Assembly: GCA_963676395.1 (NCBI GenBank)
Contig: OY781066.1
Coordinates: 32,001 to 96,000 of the forward strand
DNA: 64,000 nt
Reading direction: 5' to 3'
Source: a bacterium
GTDB lineage: Bacteria; Fidelibacterota; Fidelibacteria; Fidelibacterales; Fidelibacteraceae
Part shown: positions 53,873 to 64,000 of the stretch, piece after piece
Layout: every line of letters begins with the position of its first letter
Position numbering within the stretch: position 1 is the stretch's first letter
The notes under the pieces: model-generated
Database searches by the model: none
Seen by the model: only the letters and a program-made list of their open reading frames with translations
What the model was told of the DNA's origin: nothing
Program-made: the position numbers and the translations under genes

Positions 53873-55722
53873 TCACCTATTCCGGTATAAGTTGGAACAA
53901 TCTTTTTAATCATCTTTCTTATTTCAAGAGAATCATAAGTTTTTGCAACTTTAAGCATTTCCTGAATATTTTTATCTAGATTTTGTGGATATGAATCTTT
54001 TTTTGCTACAAAAATGCTTTCATGCTGAGTCATATTTGTGCCTTCTTCGGCATTCAGTAACTCTTCATATAGCTTTTCTCCGGGTTTCATACCGGTAAAA
54101 GCTATACTGATATCCTTATCAGGTTCTAAGCCGGATAGTCTAATTAAATCTCTTGCCATATCAACGATCTTTACCGGTTCACCCATATCAAGAACAAATA
54201 CAGCACCATTCTTATTTAAAGCTCCTGCTTGGAGGACAAGCTGCGAGGCTTCCGGTATGGTCATGAAATATCGTTTCATTTCTGGATGTGTAACAGTTAC
54301 AGGACCACCTCTCTCAATTTGTTCTTTAAAAATTGGAATGACTGAACCACGACTACCTAAAACATTTCCGAAGCGTACAGAAACATAATTTCGCCCATCA
54401 TTAATCTTTTTGGAAGCATCTTCCACAATGTACTCGGCAACACGCTTGGAAGCACCCATAACAGACGTTGGATTTATAGCTTTATCTGTAGAAATGTTTA
54501 CAAAAGTTTTAACATTTTCATCTAGACTCAGATCAACTAAATTTTTGGTACCAATAATATTATTTAATATAGCCTGACATGGATTACTTTCCATCAGATA
54601 AACGTGCTTATGGGCTGCAGCATGAAAGACAACATCCGGTTGGTGTTTTTGAAATACGAATTCCAAAGAAGTTTTATCTCGAACATCTGTAATAACAGGT
54701 ACTATATCGATATGCTGATATTCACGTGAAATCTCCCTATAGATCTCATGAATTGAATTTTCACCACGTCCAAGCAAAACAACCTTTTTGGGTAAAAAAG
54801 TGCAAATCTGTCTTACAATTTCAGATCCGATTGATCCACCTGCACCCGAAACGAGAATAGATTTCCCCTTTAAATATTCTTTAATCTTTGATTTATCCAA
54901 ATCGACAGGTTTACGTCGTAATAAATCCTCTACTTGGACTTCTCTTAACTGTGTAATCGCAACATTTCCGCTAATCACCTCATTAAAGGAGGGAATTGTG
55001 CGGCAATGGATATTCAACTCGTTTGCTTTATTAAGAATATTTCGTATTACAGTTCCACTGGCCACCGCCATGGCAATAATGATCTCATCAACTTCATTTT
55101 CATATACAATTTTTTCAATTTCGTCTATCTTGCCTAAAACCTGGACATTTGAGATTAATTGTTTTTGTTTGTTTGGATCATCATCAAGATATCCAATGGG
55201 TATCATGCCCATTTCAGGATATCTTAATATCTCTTTAGCAACCATACTACCCGAATCACCGGCACCAACAATTAATACTTTTTTCACTTTTTCAGAATAA
55301 TGATTGGTCCTTTTTTTTCGGGCATCGACATATTGAGCGCTCATTCTAATAAGAAGAAATACAATAATCGAAATCATTGCATCAATTAATGGAACTGATC
55401 TTGGGATAAAAATTCTACCCTGAACAATAATATAAAATGCAAAATATACAAAGGTCATATAAGCAATAGATATGATTGGAACCTTAAAATCTTGCATGCT
55501 TGTATATCGCCAAGAAATTTTGTGATGTTTATTTGCGATAATAAGAATAAATTTAATTGGAGCGATAACAACCATTACAATTGAAATATCATATAAATAA
55601 AGCGTAAAAGAGTTCTCTAATCTCATAATATATGATATGATTGTGATCAATGACCAACAGCAACCATCTATCAATACCTTCAATATCGCTCGATAATTTA
55701 TTTTATTATTTTTCATGTACAT
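53869..55722 (-). CDS. Polysaccharide biosynthesis nucleoside-diphosphate sugar dehydratase (CapD/PglF family)
   Basis: N-terminal TMs, GAGGSIGSE, HAAAHKHV, STDKA, RFGNVLGSRGSV. Confidence 0.93.
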   Translation of the reverse strand: MYMKNNKINYRAILKVLIDGCCWSLITIISYIMRLENSFTLYLYDISIVMVVIAPIKFILIIANKHHKISWRYTSMQDFKVPIISIAYMTFVYFAFYIIVQGRIFIPRSVPLIDAMISIIVFLLIRMSAQYVDARKKRTNHYSEKVKKVLIVGAGDSGSMVAKEILRYPEMGMIPIGYLDDDPNKQKQLISNVQVLGKIDEIEKIVYENEVDEIIIAMAVASGTVIRNILNKANELNIHCRTIPSFNEVISGNVAITQLREVQVEDLLRRKPVDLDKSKIKEYLKGKSILVSGAGGSIGSEIVRQICTFLPKKVVLLGRGENSIHEIYREISREYQHIDIVPVITDVRDKTSLEFVFQKHQPDVVFHAAAHKHVYLMESNPCQAILNNIIGTKNLVDLSLDENVKTFVNISTDKAINPTSVMGASKRVAEYIVEDASKKINDGRNYVSVRFGNVLGSRGSVIPIFKEQIERGGPVTVTHPEMKRYFMTIPEASQLVLQAGALNKNGAVFVLDMGEPVKIVDMARDLIRLSGLEPDKDISIAFTGMKPGEKLYEELLNAEEGTNMTQHESIFVAKKDSYPQNLDKNIQEMLKVAKTYDSLEIRKMIKKIVPTYTGIGE

Positions 55723-55779
55723 ATTCTCAATATATTTATACCTTCATTTAACAACATTACATTTACTTTATAAAAGTAT

Positions 55780-56853
55780 TTATTTTTTTAATTGTTTTAA
55801 AGTCGAATCCGTCATAACAATAGGCTCAATATCAACATCTCTCAAAAAAATATAATCTTTTTTAAATTTAAATCGTTTATCAATGTTAATATCGTTAATT
55901 CTACCTTCAAGGATCTTTATACTATCATTTATAAGATCATAACCACATTCTGCCATAATTCCAGTATACGCCATATGTCTTGCATTAATCTCAGTTACCT
56001 TCAAGCTACCATTAACATCTTCTTTTAAATCAAAACTCAATACGGCATGTGGTATAACATCAATTTTATCACATACATATTTTGCACATTCTTCACAAAA
56101 TGCCAAAATATTATCATTATTAATAAATCTTCCATAAGCAGTATTACCAGTAACCTTAGATGGAACCATATCAGACATAACATATTCAACGCATTCCAAA
56201 GAAGCATTTTTTAATAGTTTTCCATTATAATAGAGCATTTGGTTAGCAAAATGTCTTCCAGGCAAAAATTCGCTCACCGTGAACTCTTTGATACTTTTAT
56301 TAATAAAAAGCCACGATTTTAAACTATCTGAATTTTCAATTTTAAGAGATCCTAAGCCCCCAGAACCAATAGTTGCTCTAATCCAACAAGGATAACCAAT
56401 TTTATCTACAATTTCATTAAATTTGGGTTCATCTTGTGTAATTTTAATTGTTTTGGGTATGTAATCTGTCCCCTCAAGAATTTCAGCCATTTTAGATTTA
56501 TCAATGAGTTTGTCAGCTAATTTTACAGGAGGTAATAATACATCACAGGGATACTTTCCAAATCTTTCATAATAATATCCCCATACCAATATTTCACTTT
56601 CAGGCTGCACAATTGCATAATCAATTTGCTCTTTAGCAATAATATCAATAATAAATTCCCAATACTCATTTTCGTTAGATTTTGGAGATATATAGTATTC
56701 ATCTACTAAATCATCTATAAAGAATCCTAATGCTTTATAGTTACAATCAGTACCAATTAATTTAGCATCTGGATGTATTTCCCTTAATCTTTTTGCTATT
56801 GATCTTGGTGTTAAACCACCAATTCCTGTAATCAAAATATTCGGTTTATTCAT
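55780..56853 (-). CDS. ATP-grasp domain protein
   Basis: DK..M, 'GSGGLGS', 'EFLPG', 'TEINAR'. Confidence 0.75.
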   Translation of the reverse strand: MNKPNILITGIGGLTPRSIAKRLREIHPDAKLIGTDCNYKALGFFIDDLVDEYYISPKSNENEYWEFIIDIIAKEQIDYAIVQPESEILVWGYYYERFGKYPCDVLLPPVKLADKLIDKSKMAEILEGTDYIPKTIKITQDEPKFNEIVDKIGYPCWIRATIGSGGLGSLKIENSDSLKSWLFINKSIKEFTVSEFLPGRHFANQMLYYNGKLLKNASLECVEYVMSDMVPSKVTGNTAYGRFINNDNILAFCEECAKYVCDKIDVIPHAVLSFDLKEDVNGSLKVTEINARHMAYTGIMAECGYDLINDSIKILEGRINDINIDKRFKFKKDYIFLRDVDIEPIVMTDSTLKQLKK

Positions 56854-57968
56854 AATTCCTCATTGTATTCATTATTTCTAGTGTTAGTATAAAACTTTTT
56901 TATTAGATGAACAACTTTCTTCATGTTTTTTAAATTGTATCTTTGATCACATACCAGAGAGATCTCTTTTAAATATAAATCTTGTGTAATATCAGATAAA
57001 TTGTGGAATGAACTGATAGGCCAGTGTATTGGACAATAAACATTATGCTTTACTAGGTATTCTCTTAATTGATTTCTATGATGTTTACTAACTATTATAG
57101 GAACAAATAGGGGGACATCTGTGGAAGTAACTTGTTTAAACGGTAAAACTACTTCACTGATATCTTTTAATTCATTAATTAAATATTTTGCATTTTCTTG
57201 TCTTTTTTTGGATATATAATAATAATCATTATTAAATAATCGATTTTTACCCTCATTACTCATTGCATAATCTATATAATTTTTTTCAAGCAATGAACTT
57301 GCATCACTAAATGCTTTAAAATAAAAGCCTTTTTCTTGAATTCTATTATTCATGTATTCTTGTTTTAATCTAAACCCTTGCATACGTAATTTAACATAAT
57401 TATCAAAGGCAAGGTTAGGATTTGGAAGAGAGAATTTTCCATTTGTTTTAAGTAAAATAGCACCGTCTGGGGTTGCATACCATTTTCGCATACTAGTGAA
57501 GTTATAATCAGCATTAGTTTTGATTGCTTCCTTTGTTAAAAAGGACTGAGTTGCATCATTAATAATTACAATATCATTCTTTTCGAATTTTGTATATACT
57601 TTTTGAGTATAACTATTATTAAAACCAAAATAATCAAGACAAATAACTGCATCAGCAACTGTTAATTTTTCAATATTACAATCAAATTCGTTATTAATAT
57701 CTAAAAACACATCATAAAACTTTACATCAATATTATTCTTAATAAAGGGTTTAATCATTGAGTCACAGCAGTATGAAGGGATTAGCACAGATTTAAATTT
57801 TCGTTCAGATTTAATATCTCGAACAATAATATCAAGAGCAGTTCTTCCGGACAATAGATATTTGGTATCGTAAGAATTGTTTATCCAACCAAAATCACTG
57901 GTAATTTTATTTGTGCTTAAATAGTCACAAAATTCACTGCCAATTTCATTTCTATTTTGATTTAACAT
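56850..57968 (-). CDS. DegT/DnrJ-like PLP-dependent aminotransferase, divergent
   Basis: SGRTAL, P.YCC.SM, DATQ, SMRKW, CDQRY. Confidence 0.75.
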   Translation of the reverse strand: MLNQNRNEIGSEFCDYLSTNKITSDFGWINNSYDTKYLLSGRTALDIIVRDIKSERKFKSVLIPSYCCDSMIKPFIKNNIDVKFYDVFLDINNEFDCNIEKLTVADAVICLDYFGFNNSYTQKVYTKFEKNDIVIINDATQSFLTKEAIKTNADYNFTSMRKWYATPDGAILLKTNGKFSLPNPNLAFDNYVKLRMQGFRLKQEYMNNRIQEKGFYFKAFSDASSLLEKNYIDYAMSNEGKNRLFNNDYYYISKKRQENAKYLINELKDISEVVLPFKQVTSTDVPLFVPIIVSKHHRNQLREYLVKHNVYCPIHWPISSFHNLSDITQDLYLKEISLVCDQRYNLKNMKKVVHLIKKFYTNTRNNEYNEEL

Positions 57969-57969
57969 T

Positions 57970-58599
57970 TTATTTATTTTTCATCATTTGTTGTTTACGA
58001 TAAACATCAAAATTTCCAGGAGAATCTACTCCAGTAGATGAAACATCTTTACGTGACAATACATTATGGATTGTTTTAAAAAATATTTTGACATCTAATA
58101 TAAAACTTAACTCGTTAACATATTTAATATCATATTTTAATTTATCATCCCAATTTAGTCTGTTGCGACCTTCTGATTGAGCTAACCCAGTCATACCCGG
58201 TAACACACTATGTCTAATTTTTTCTTCTACATTATAAAAAGGTAGATATTTTTCGGGCAAAGGTCTCGGACCGATTAAACTCATTTTTCCACTTATTATA
58301 TTTAACAATTGTGGTAACTCATCCAAAGAAGTTTTCCTAAGAAATCGTCCTATTCCTGTAACGCGTTTTTTATCTGGAAGTTTATTCCCATGAATATCAA
58401 CAATATCCTTCATGGTTTTAAATTTTAATATTGAAAACACTTTCTCATTTTTACCAACTCTAATTTGTCTGAAAAATGGTTTACCTTTATTTACGATTAA
58501 AAGAATTATCATAATTAATAGAAATATCGGAAGAATAATAAAAAATGCAACTAAAGATAACGTATAATCAAAAACTCTTTTAAAAAATAATTTATACAT
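57970..58599 (-). CDS. Initiating sugar-phosphate transferase (PglC/WcaJ C-terminal family)
   Basis: KFKTM, SLDELPQL, GPRP, PGMTGLAQ. Confidence 0.93.
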   Translation of the reverse strand: MYKLFFKRVFDYTLSLVAFFIILPIFLLIMIILLIVNKGKPFFRQIRVGKNEKVFSILKFKTMKDIVDIHGNKLPDKKRVTGIGRFLRKTSLDELPQLLNIISGKMSLIGPRPLPEKYLPFYNVEEKIRHSVLPGMTGLAQSEGRNRLNWDDKLKYDIKYVNELSFILDVKIFFKTIHNVLSRKDVSSTGVDSPGNFDVYRKQQMMKNK

Positions 58600-59269
58600 C
58601 TTCTCTATCTTTTATTTTTCCGGGGTTACCATAAACTATTTGCTCATTATTCAAATCTGATAATAAATTTGTATTCATGCCAACAATATTATAATCACCG
58701 ATCTCAGCAAAATTCCTAAGGCTTGAATTTAAACCAAAAAAATTACCATTTCCTATCTTAAGATTACTACCTATGCATACCTGAGCAGCGCAAAAGTTGT
58801 TGTTACCAATAGATGTATCATGCCCTATTAAAGTACCAGCATTAAACGTATTATTTTTACCAATTAATGCATTTGAATTAACAATAGTATTTGCTAAAAA
58901 AACATTTCCTGGACCATATTGAACACTTCTTAACATAGTTACTGTTGGATGAATAAAAGTGTACATCTTATTATCCGGAATTTTAAAACTATCTAATAAC
59001 TCTGTTCTCAATTTTATTAAATCATGCCGATATAAAGAATAAATAAATTTCACATCATCAAAATGGCCATATTCCTTATATGCATTATACGTTTTACATA
59101 GTAATGGAAAATCATTAATTGTATCTCCCATTGTTTCATCATCAAATGCAAAACCTAATAATTCAACATTTTTATTAAATTTTTCCGCCGCATCATATAT
59201 TTGCTCGGCAATGATAACAGCTGTTCCGCGACCACCAATTATTATTATCTTTTCTTTATTATTTTTCAT
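58592..59269 (-). CDS. Sugar O/N-acetyltransferase (PglD/NeuD-like)
   Basis: Hexapeptide repeats, IGHD, GNPGK. Confidence 0.85.
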   Translation of the reverse strand: MKNNKEKIIIIGGRGTAVIIAEQIYDAAEKFNKNVELLGFAFDDETMGDTINDFPLLCKTYNAYKEYGHFDDVKFIYSLYRHDLIKLRTELLDSFKIPDNKMYTFIHPTVTMLRSVQYGPGNVFLANTIVNSNALIGKNNTFNAGTLIGHDTSIGNNNFCAAQVCIGSNLKIGNGNFFGLNSSLRNFAEIGDYNIVGMNTNLLSDLNNEQIVYGNPGKIKDREDV

Positions 59270-59296
59270 ATTACACCTAATATCATTTATTAATAT

Positions 59297-60541
59297 TTAT
59301 AATGATTCTATTATTTTATACAATTGCATTCCAGTTACCTTAGAATCAAATTTCAAAGAGCATTCTTTTACTCGTTTACACATTTTATCATAATCAGATT
59401 TCTGAAGCTTATATATTTTCTTTATCGCATCAGCATATTCTTGTGAAGTTTGTATCTGATCAGATATTCCCAGATTATGCTTATGAATGACACAATAGTT
59501 TGCTCTTACATTTGCACATATCGGTTTCCCAGAGGCTAAATATTGATATAATTTACCAGAACTTACTCCAAAAAGACCTGCCCCTTGCTGATAATTAATA
59601 ATATTCAAAGAACTTTTGGATAGTAGATAAGGTACATACTTTAAGGGTATCCATTCCTCTTTAAAAACAACATTATTTAGGCCTGAGTTAATACAATACT
59701 CTTCTAAGGATTTTCTCTCATTCCCATTCCCATATATTAACAATTTAATATTAGCTTCATGTTTTAAAATTTCAAATGCTTTTATTAGTCTTTCTAAATT
59801 ATTTACTTTTTTTATTGAACCAATATATATCACTTTAAAATATTTATCATCAATCAAATCAGGGTCGTCTAACTTATATTTTTCTATATTTTTATTATAT
59901 TCATCAAGATCAAGTCCATTAGAAACATGATAAACTTTATTTAAATCAATCGGACCTCCGTTCTCTATATCCCATTTATGACCTCTAATATAATCTTTTC
60001 CTCCTTCCATACTAAAAATAACCTTGTCGGCTTTCATGTATATTCTTTTTTCTATTAGATATGCAATCTTAACAAAAATATTTTTCTCACTTACAAGACC
60101 AAACCGAACAAATGAATTTGGCCATAAATCCCACACCTCTGCAATATATTTAACATTTAACTTTTTTGCACATAAATACACCAAGTAGTCAAAGGGCACA
60201 TGTATGTTATGAAGAATTACATCAGGTTTTTTAATTTTTTTTGCATACTTAAAAATATTAAATGAAAAACCAAATATTGAAATCATTCTTTGTATTCCAT
60301 TACCTTCATATTTTCTTGTTTTGATATGAATATAATCCAATCCTTCATATTCTTTTTCAACAAAGTGTAATGACTCATCATCGATATAATCAACTTTTTT
60401 TCTTTGAGAGTAACTTGCATTGACAATTACAACATCATAACCTTGACTTTTAAGATATCTGGCAGACATAATATGCCTCGGATTTGAAATAAACTTAGGT
60501 ATTGGTGTATAATAATTAACAATCCAAATGCGTTTTCTCAT
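59297..60541 (-). CDS. Glycosyltransferase family 4
   Basis: EVWDLWP, YIGSI, KLYQYLASGKPI. Confidence 0.88.
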   Translation of the reverse strand: MRKRIWIVNYYTPIPKFISNPRHIMSARYLKSQGYDVVIVNASYSQRKKVDYIDDESLHFVEKEYEGLDYIHIKTRKYEGNGIQRMISIFGFSFNIFKYAKKIKKPDVILHNIHVPFDYLVYLCAKKLNVKYIAEVWDLWPNSFVRFGLVSEKNIFVKIAYLIEKRIYMKADKVIFSMEGGKDYIRGHKWDIENGGPIDLNKVYHVSNGLDLDEYNKNIEKYKLDDPDLIDDKYFKVIYIGSIKKVNNLERLIKAFEILKHEANIKLLIYGNGNERKSLEEYCINSGLNNVVFKEEWIPLKYVPYLLSKSSLNIINYQQGAGLFGVSSGKLYQYLASGKPICANVRANYCVIHKHNLGISDQIQTSQEYADAIKKIYKLQKSDYDKMCKRVKECSLKFDSKVTGMQLYKIIESL

Positions 60542-60573
60542 CTTTAATATATTTCCTTTTTATTTGTTAAGTT

Positions 60574-61710
60574 TCATGTTATTATTTTACTTATTTTATT
60601 ATTATATATTTTAAATTGGGTCGACCAGTTATATTTTTCTAATACAGCTCTTCGACCATTTTGTCCCATATTATAGGCTTCACTTTTATTATCCATTAAA
60701 TATTTAACCGCTATTCCAATCTTTTTCTCATCATTGGGGTCAACACATATACCGCATTTATATTTATCTATTATTTCTCTCCATAACGGGACATCAGAAC
60801 AAATCACAGGCAATCCAGCTTCCATATATTCAAATAATTTAAGTACTCCCAATGATCCTTCTTTTGTTCCTGTTTGAGAAAAATCTCTTAGTGAGTTACC
60901 GATTGTCGCCATACTCATAATGTTATTCATATTTTCTCTTTTAAAACCATCAATAAACTTGACTTTATGCCAATTCTTATGCATTTCTAATTCATTACGA
61001 TATTTACCATAAAATCTTCCGGCAATCACATATTCAATATCTTTCATTTCACCCAATAAATTTAACAATAACTCTTGCCTGCTTATTCGGTATATAGTGC
61101 CAATATACAATAAACTATTATTACGTTGTAAATATTCTTCGTAAGACATATTTTTCTTGTCGGATAATATGGGATAATTTGTAACCATAATTGTATTTTT
61201 ACATTTACACTGTACTTTTAAAAATTCTACCAAGTTAGGTGTAACAGATATTTGCATATCATATTTTTTAAGGCTTTGCCTCATTAAAAATGTAATATAT
61301 TTGGAAATTATTGGTCTAATTATTTGGGGTATATAAGTTTTTTTTAGTATTAATTCGGGATAATCCTCTCTCATATCGAAAATTATCTTTTTGTTAAGTC
61401 GTTTTTTGATTTTTAAACCTAAACGAATTAATTCGGGTTCAGATATTTGATATACATCAGCATCGATGTTTTTTGCAATTTTATATAAATCGTTTTTATT
61501 AAAAAGCATTCTAAACAAACGATTTTTAAATTTTCGACCTGTAGAAATAAAATTTATCCCAAATTTTTCAAAATTTTCTAATTCATCACTTAACACATAA
61601 AATACATCATAACCAGCATTATGCATTGAAATTGCTTGTCGATAAACTATTCTGGAATCCTTTCTTGTAAAAGAACTTCCAAGGTAACAAATTGTATTAT
61701 TCTTAATCAC
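60574..61710 (-). CDS. Glycosyltransferase family 4
   Basis: DSRI, KLFEYMEAGLPVICSD, KYNW. Confidence 0.88.
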   Translation of the reverse strand: MIKNNTICYLGSSFTRKDSRIVYRQAISMHNAGYDVFYVLSDELENFEKFGINFISTGRKFKNRLFRMLFNKNDLYKIAKNIDADVYQISEPELIRLGLKIKKRLNKKIIFDMREDYPELILKKTYIPQIIRPIISKYITFLMRQSLKKYDMQISVTPNLVEFLKVQCKCKNTIMVTNYPILSDKKNMSYEEYLQRNNSLLYIGTIYRISRQELLLNLLGEMKDIEYVIAGRFYGKYRNELEMHKNWHKVKFIDGFKRENMNNIMSMATIGNSLRDFSQTGTKEGSLGVLKLFEYMEAGLPVICSDVPLWREIIDKYKCGICVDPNDEKKIGIAVKYLMDNKSEAYNMGQNGRRAVLEKYNWSTQFKIYNNKISKIIT

Positions 61711-61711
61711 A

Positions 61712-62809
61712 CTAATGACCTTTATTTAAATATATTTTATATGGAATAAATACATTCTTCCTTTGTAAGGAACCACCATTATAGTTTGATAATGTAAATT
61801 GCATAAAATAAAATAATAATAAAAAAGAAATTATTGATGTTTTTATCAAAAACTTTAATCTATTATTTTTAATATAATAGGGAACTAACAGAATAATTAT
61901 CATAAGAAAATATCGGGATAATCTTGTTGAAAGTACAGCATGATAAGAAAACATTTGCATAATAATACACGAAACATTAAAGATTGTTATATATCGCGAT
62001 ATTCTAATTTTTTCATTTTTATCAACAACTCCATTATTCACAATAATGTTATAAAACACAAGGTTTATTACATTAATTGCATTAAAAATTATTGGTAATA
62101 TATTAAATGCTTGCCCAAAGCCTAAATTAACATATCGTGTGTATTTTTCCATAAATGAAAGATTCCCAAGAAGAGGAATTAAACCAATAATAATATTAGA
62201 GAAGAAGAAAAATACTATATATAATATTACATTATTTATCCGATTAATTTTGACATAATATAAAGGAATAAACAAAATTGCAATAAGGGACGATTGATGC
62301 ACTAAAAAAGATAAAGTTAAAATAATAATATACTTAAAGGGCTTTTTATTTTCTAAAAAGGATAACCCCCAGAATATCATTGACATAGCCAATGCATATC
62401 TTACTGTAGATAAACTACTTAAATACAATACCGGTATACAAATATAAACCAAATACGAGTATTTAGGATTTATTGACATTTTTTTAATACCCCAATTAGT
62501 AAACAGTACTGTAAAAAAAGCATTGACCATAAAAAACAATTGAGGATATTCAAGTTTTTGACATATATAAATTAAAAATCGTTCAAATAACTCAAAATCT
62601 TCTACCAATGAAGTATTATATTTTATTGCATTATAATAATTCCAATAATCCCAAGCAAGATCATACCTCATGCCTGCAAACAACATCAGGGTAAATGACA
62701 CTAAAAAAAATGCCTTTTTATTATCTAAATACTGAAATGAAAAAGCAGAAATAATGACTAAAAAATAATACGGTATAATATCAATAAAAAATTGTGAGTC
62801 AAGCACCAT
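61712..62809 (-). CDS. EpsG-family (Wzy-like) polysaccharide polymerase
   Basis: Many TMs, 'GMRY...DYWNY', 'R..LA', 'HQSS', PY near the C-terminus. Confidence 0.82.
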   Translation of the reverse strand: MVLDSQFFIDIIPYYFLVIISAFSFQYLDNKKAFFLVSFTLMLFAGMRYDLAWDYWNYYNAIKYNTSLVEDFELFERFLIYICQKLEYPQLFFMVNAFFTVLFTNWGIKKMSINPKYSYLVYICIPVLYLSSLSTVRYALAMSMIFWGLSFLENKKPFKYIIILTLSFLVHQSSLIAILFIPLYYVKINRINNVILYIVFFFFSNIIIGLIPLLGNLSFMEKYTRYVNLGFGQAFNILPIIFNAINVINLVFYNIIVNNGVVDKNEKIRISRYITIFNVSCIIMQMFSYHAVLSTRLSRYFLMIIILLVPYYIKNNRLKFLIKTSIISFLLLFYFMQFTLSNYNGGSLQRKNVFIPYKIYLNKGH

Positions 62810-62875
62810 TTTGTTCTATCCTATGTGAAAATGATATGTTTAAATTCATTTTAAGAATAATTAATTCACCTCTAA

Positions 62876-64000
62876 TCATTTATCTTTATACTCACTCAAT
62901 ATGTGTGAAACTTTTTCACTATCACTTAAAGACATCACAGGACTAATAGGTAAACTTAAAACTTCATTATGAATCATTTCAGTTATATTATAATGATTAT
63001 CACTTAATTCTGAATACGCTTTTTGTTTATGTGGAGGGATAGGATAATGTATTATTGTTTCAACATTATTATTATTTAAATAAGCTCGCAACTTATCTCT
63101 TGATTTAACCCTTACTACAAATAAATGCCAAACATGTTCTTTATATTCATAAATTTTATTTAAATTCGGTACTGTGGTTAAAGTAATTTCATCATTTTTT
63201 ATATTACTATAATACATTTGAGCTATTTTTCGTCTGTTTTGGTTATCGTCATCTAAACCCTTTAACTTAACTCTTAGTATGGCAGCCTGAAATTCATCTA
63301 ACCTTGAATTCACTCCCTTGTATACATGTTCGTATTTTTTACTAGATCCGTAATTTGATAAGGCTTTAATTACCATAGCAAGATTATCATCGTTTGTTGT
63401 AACCGCTCCCCCATCACCCATGCAACCGAGATTCTTTCCAGGATAAAAACTATGACCTGCGACATCTGCTAAAGCACCCGTTTTTTTACCGGAATATTCG
63501 GCACCAATTGCCTGAGCATTATCTTCGATCAGTTTAAGATTATATTTATCACATAAAGTTTGGATTTTTGGATCATATGCAACCTTTCCATACAAATGTA
63601 CGATCATAATGGCTCGGGTATGCTTAGATATCTTTTCTTCAATCTTGCTTGGATCAATGTTATATGTATCCGGATCGGGTTCTACCAGAACAGGTTTAAG
63701 CTTATTGTCAGTTATCGCAAGAATGCTCGCAATAAAGGTATTTGCAGGAACAATGATCTCATCTCCTTCTTGCATAATTCCTAATTGTATATATGCACGA
63801 AAAATTAAGCGTAATGCATCCAATCCATTTCCAACACCAATACAATGATTTACTCCAATATACTTTGAATACTCTATCTCAAATTGTTTTAATTCATTTC
63901 CTAATATATACCAACCGGATTCAATAACCCTATTTACAGCTAAACTTAACTCTGGTTCATAACTTTGATTAATTTGTTTAAGATCAAGAAATTTTATCAT
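62876..64000 (-). CDS. DegT/DnrJ aminotransferase (FdtB-like)
   Basis: [28 protein letters not shown]. Confidence 0.92.
   Translation of the reverse strand: MIKFLDLKQINQSYEPELSLAVNRVIESGWYILGNELKQFEIEYSKYIGVNHCIGVGNGLDALRLIFRAYIQLGIMQEGDEIIVPANTFIASILAITDNKLKPVLVEPDPDTYNIDPSKIEEKISKHTRAIMIVHLYGKVAYDPKIQTLCDKYNLKLIEDNAQAIGAEYSGKKTGALADVAGHSFYPGKNLGCMGDGGAVTTNDDNLAMVIKALSNYGSSKKYEHVYKGVNSRLDEFQAAILRVKLKGLDDDNQNRRKIAQMYYSNIKNDEITLTTVPNLNKIYEYKEHVWHLFVVRVKSRDKLRAYLNNNNVETIIHYPIPPHKQKAYSELSDNHYNITEMIHNEVLSLPISPVMSLSDSEKVSHILSEYKDK

Noticed and set aside
54038..55300. Plus-strand ORFs (54038-54388, 54788-55300) and similar short antisense ORFs elsewhere
   Set aside because: Fully overlap well-supported genes on the opposite strand; Ser/Ile/Phe-rich shadow composition
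48237..64000. Polysaccharide locus as an island integrated at tRNA-Ser
   Set aside because: The locus lies on the 5' side of the tRNA; no integrase or duplicated tRNA 3' end seen

Overview
Bacterial chromosome segment, AT-rich, probably from an anaerobic FCB-group organism (Marinimicrobia/Cloacimonadota-like; inferred from 'PNPFNP' C-terminal sorting domains and gene content). The left end (1-1.9 kb) looks like the edge of a decayed integrated element at a tRNA-Ile2(CAT)/tRNA-Val(GAC) pair: a two-gene cargo module, a truncated integrase and arm-type repeats. The middle is mostly housekeeping (gltX, miaB, argGH, EtfBA plus lactate-dehydrogenase-like oxidase, sulfatase, folK, uvrA, pdp, lptF/lptE, ccsAB, xth, rpmB, folB, nadK, batAB, ftsK, tRNA-Ser). 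The right end (48.6-64 kb) is a surface polysaccharide locus. Most notable: (1) a five-gene envelope cluster at 11.6-14.8 kb in which every product appears exported (small hydrophobic protein, LolA-like protein, signal-peptide-bearing YidD-like protein, two TPR plus helical-membrane-domain paralogs), my best candidate for an undescribed system; (2) a TonB-C domain fused to an apparently inactive alginate-lyase-family domain; (3) a structured pan-motif-like RNA upstream of folB; (4) a 1-nt frameshift separating a large secreted protein from its signal peptide. All family assignments come from motif recognition by eye; no searches were run.
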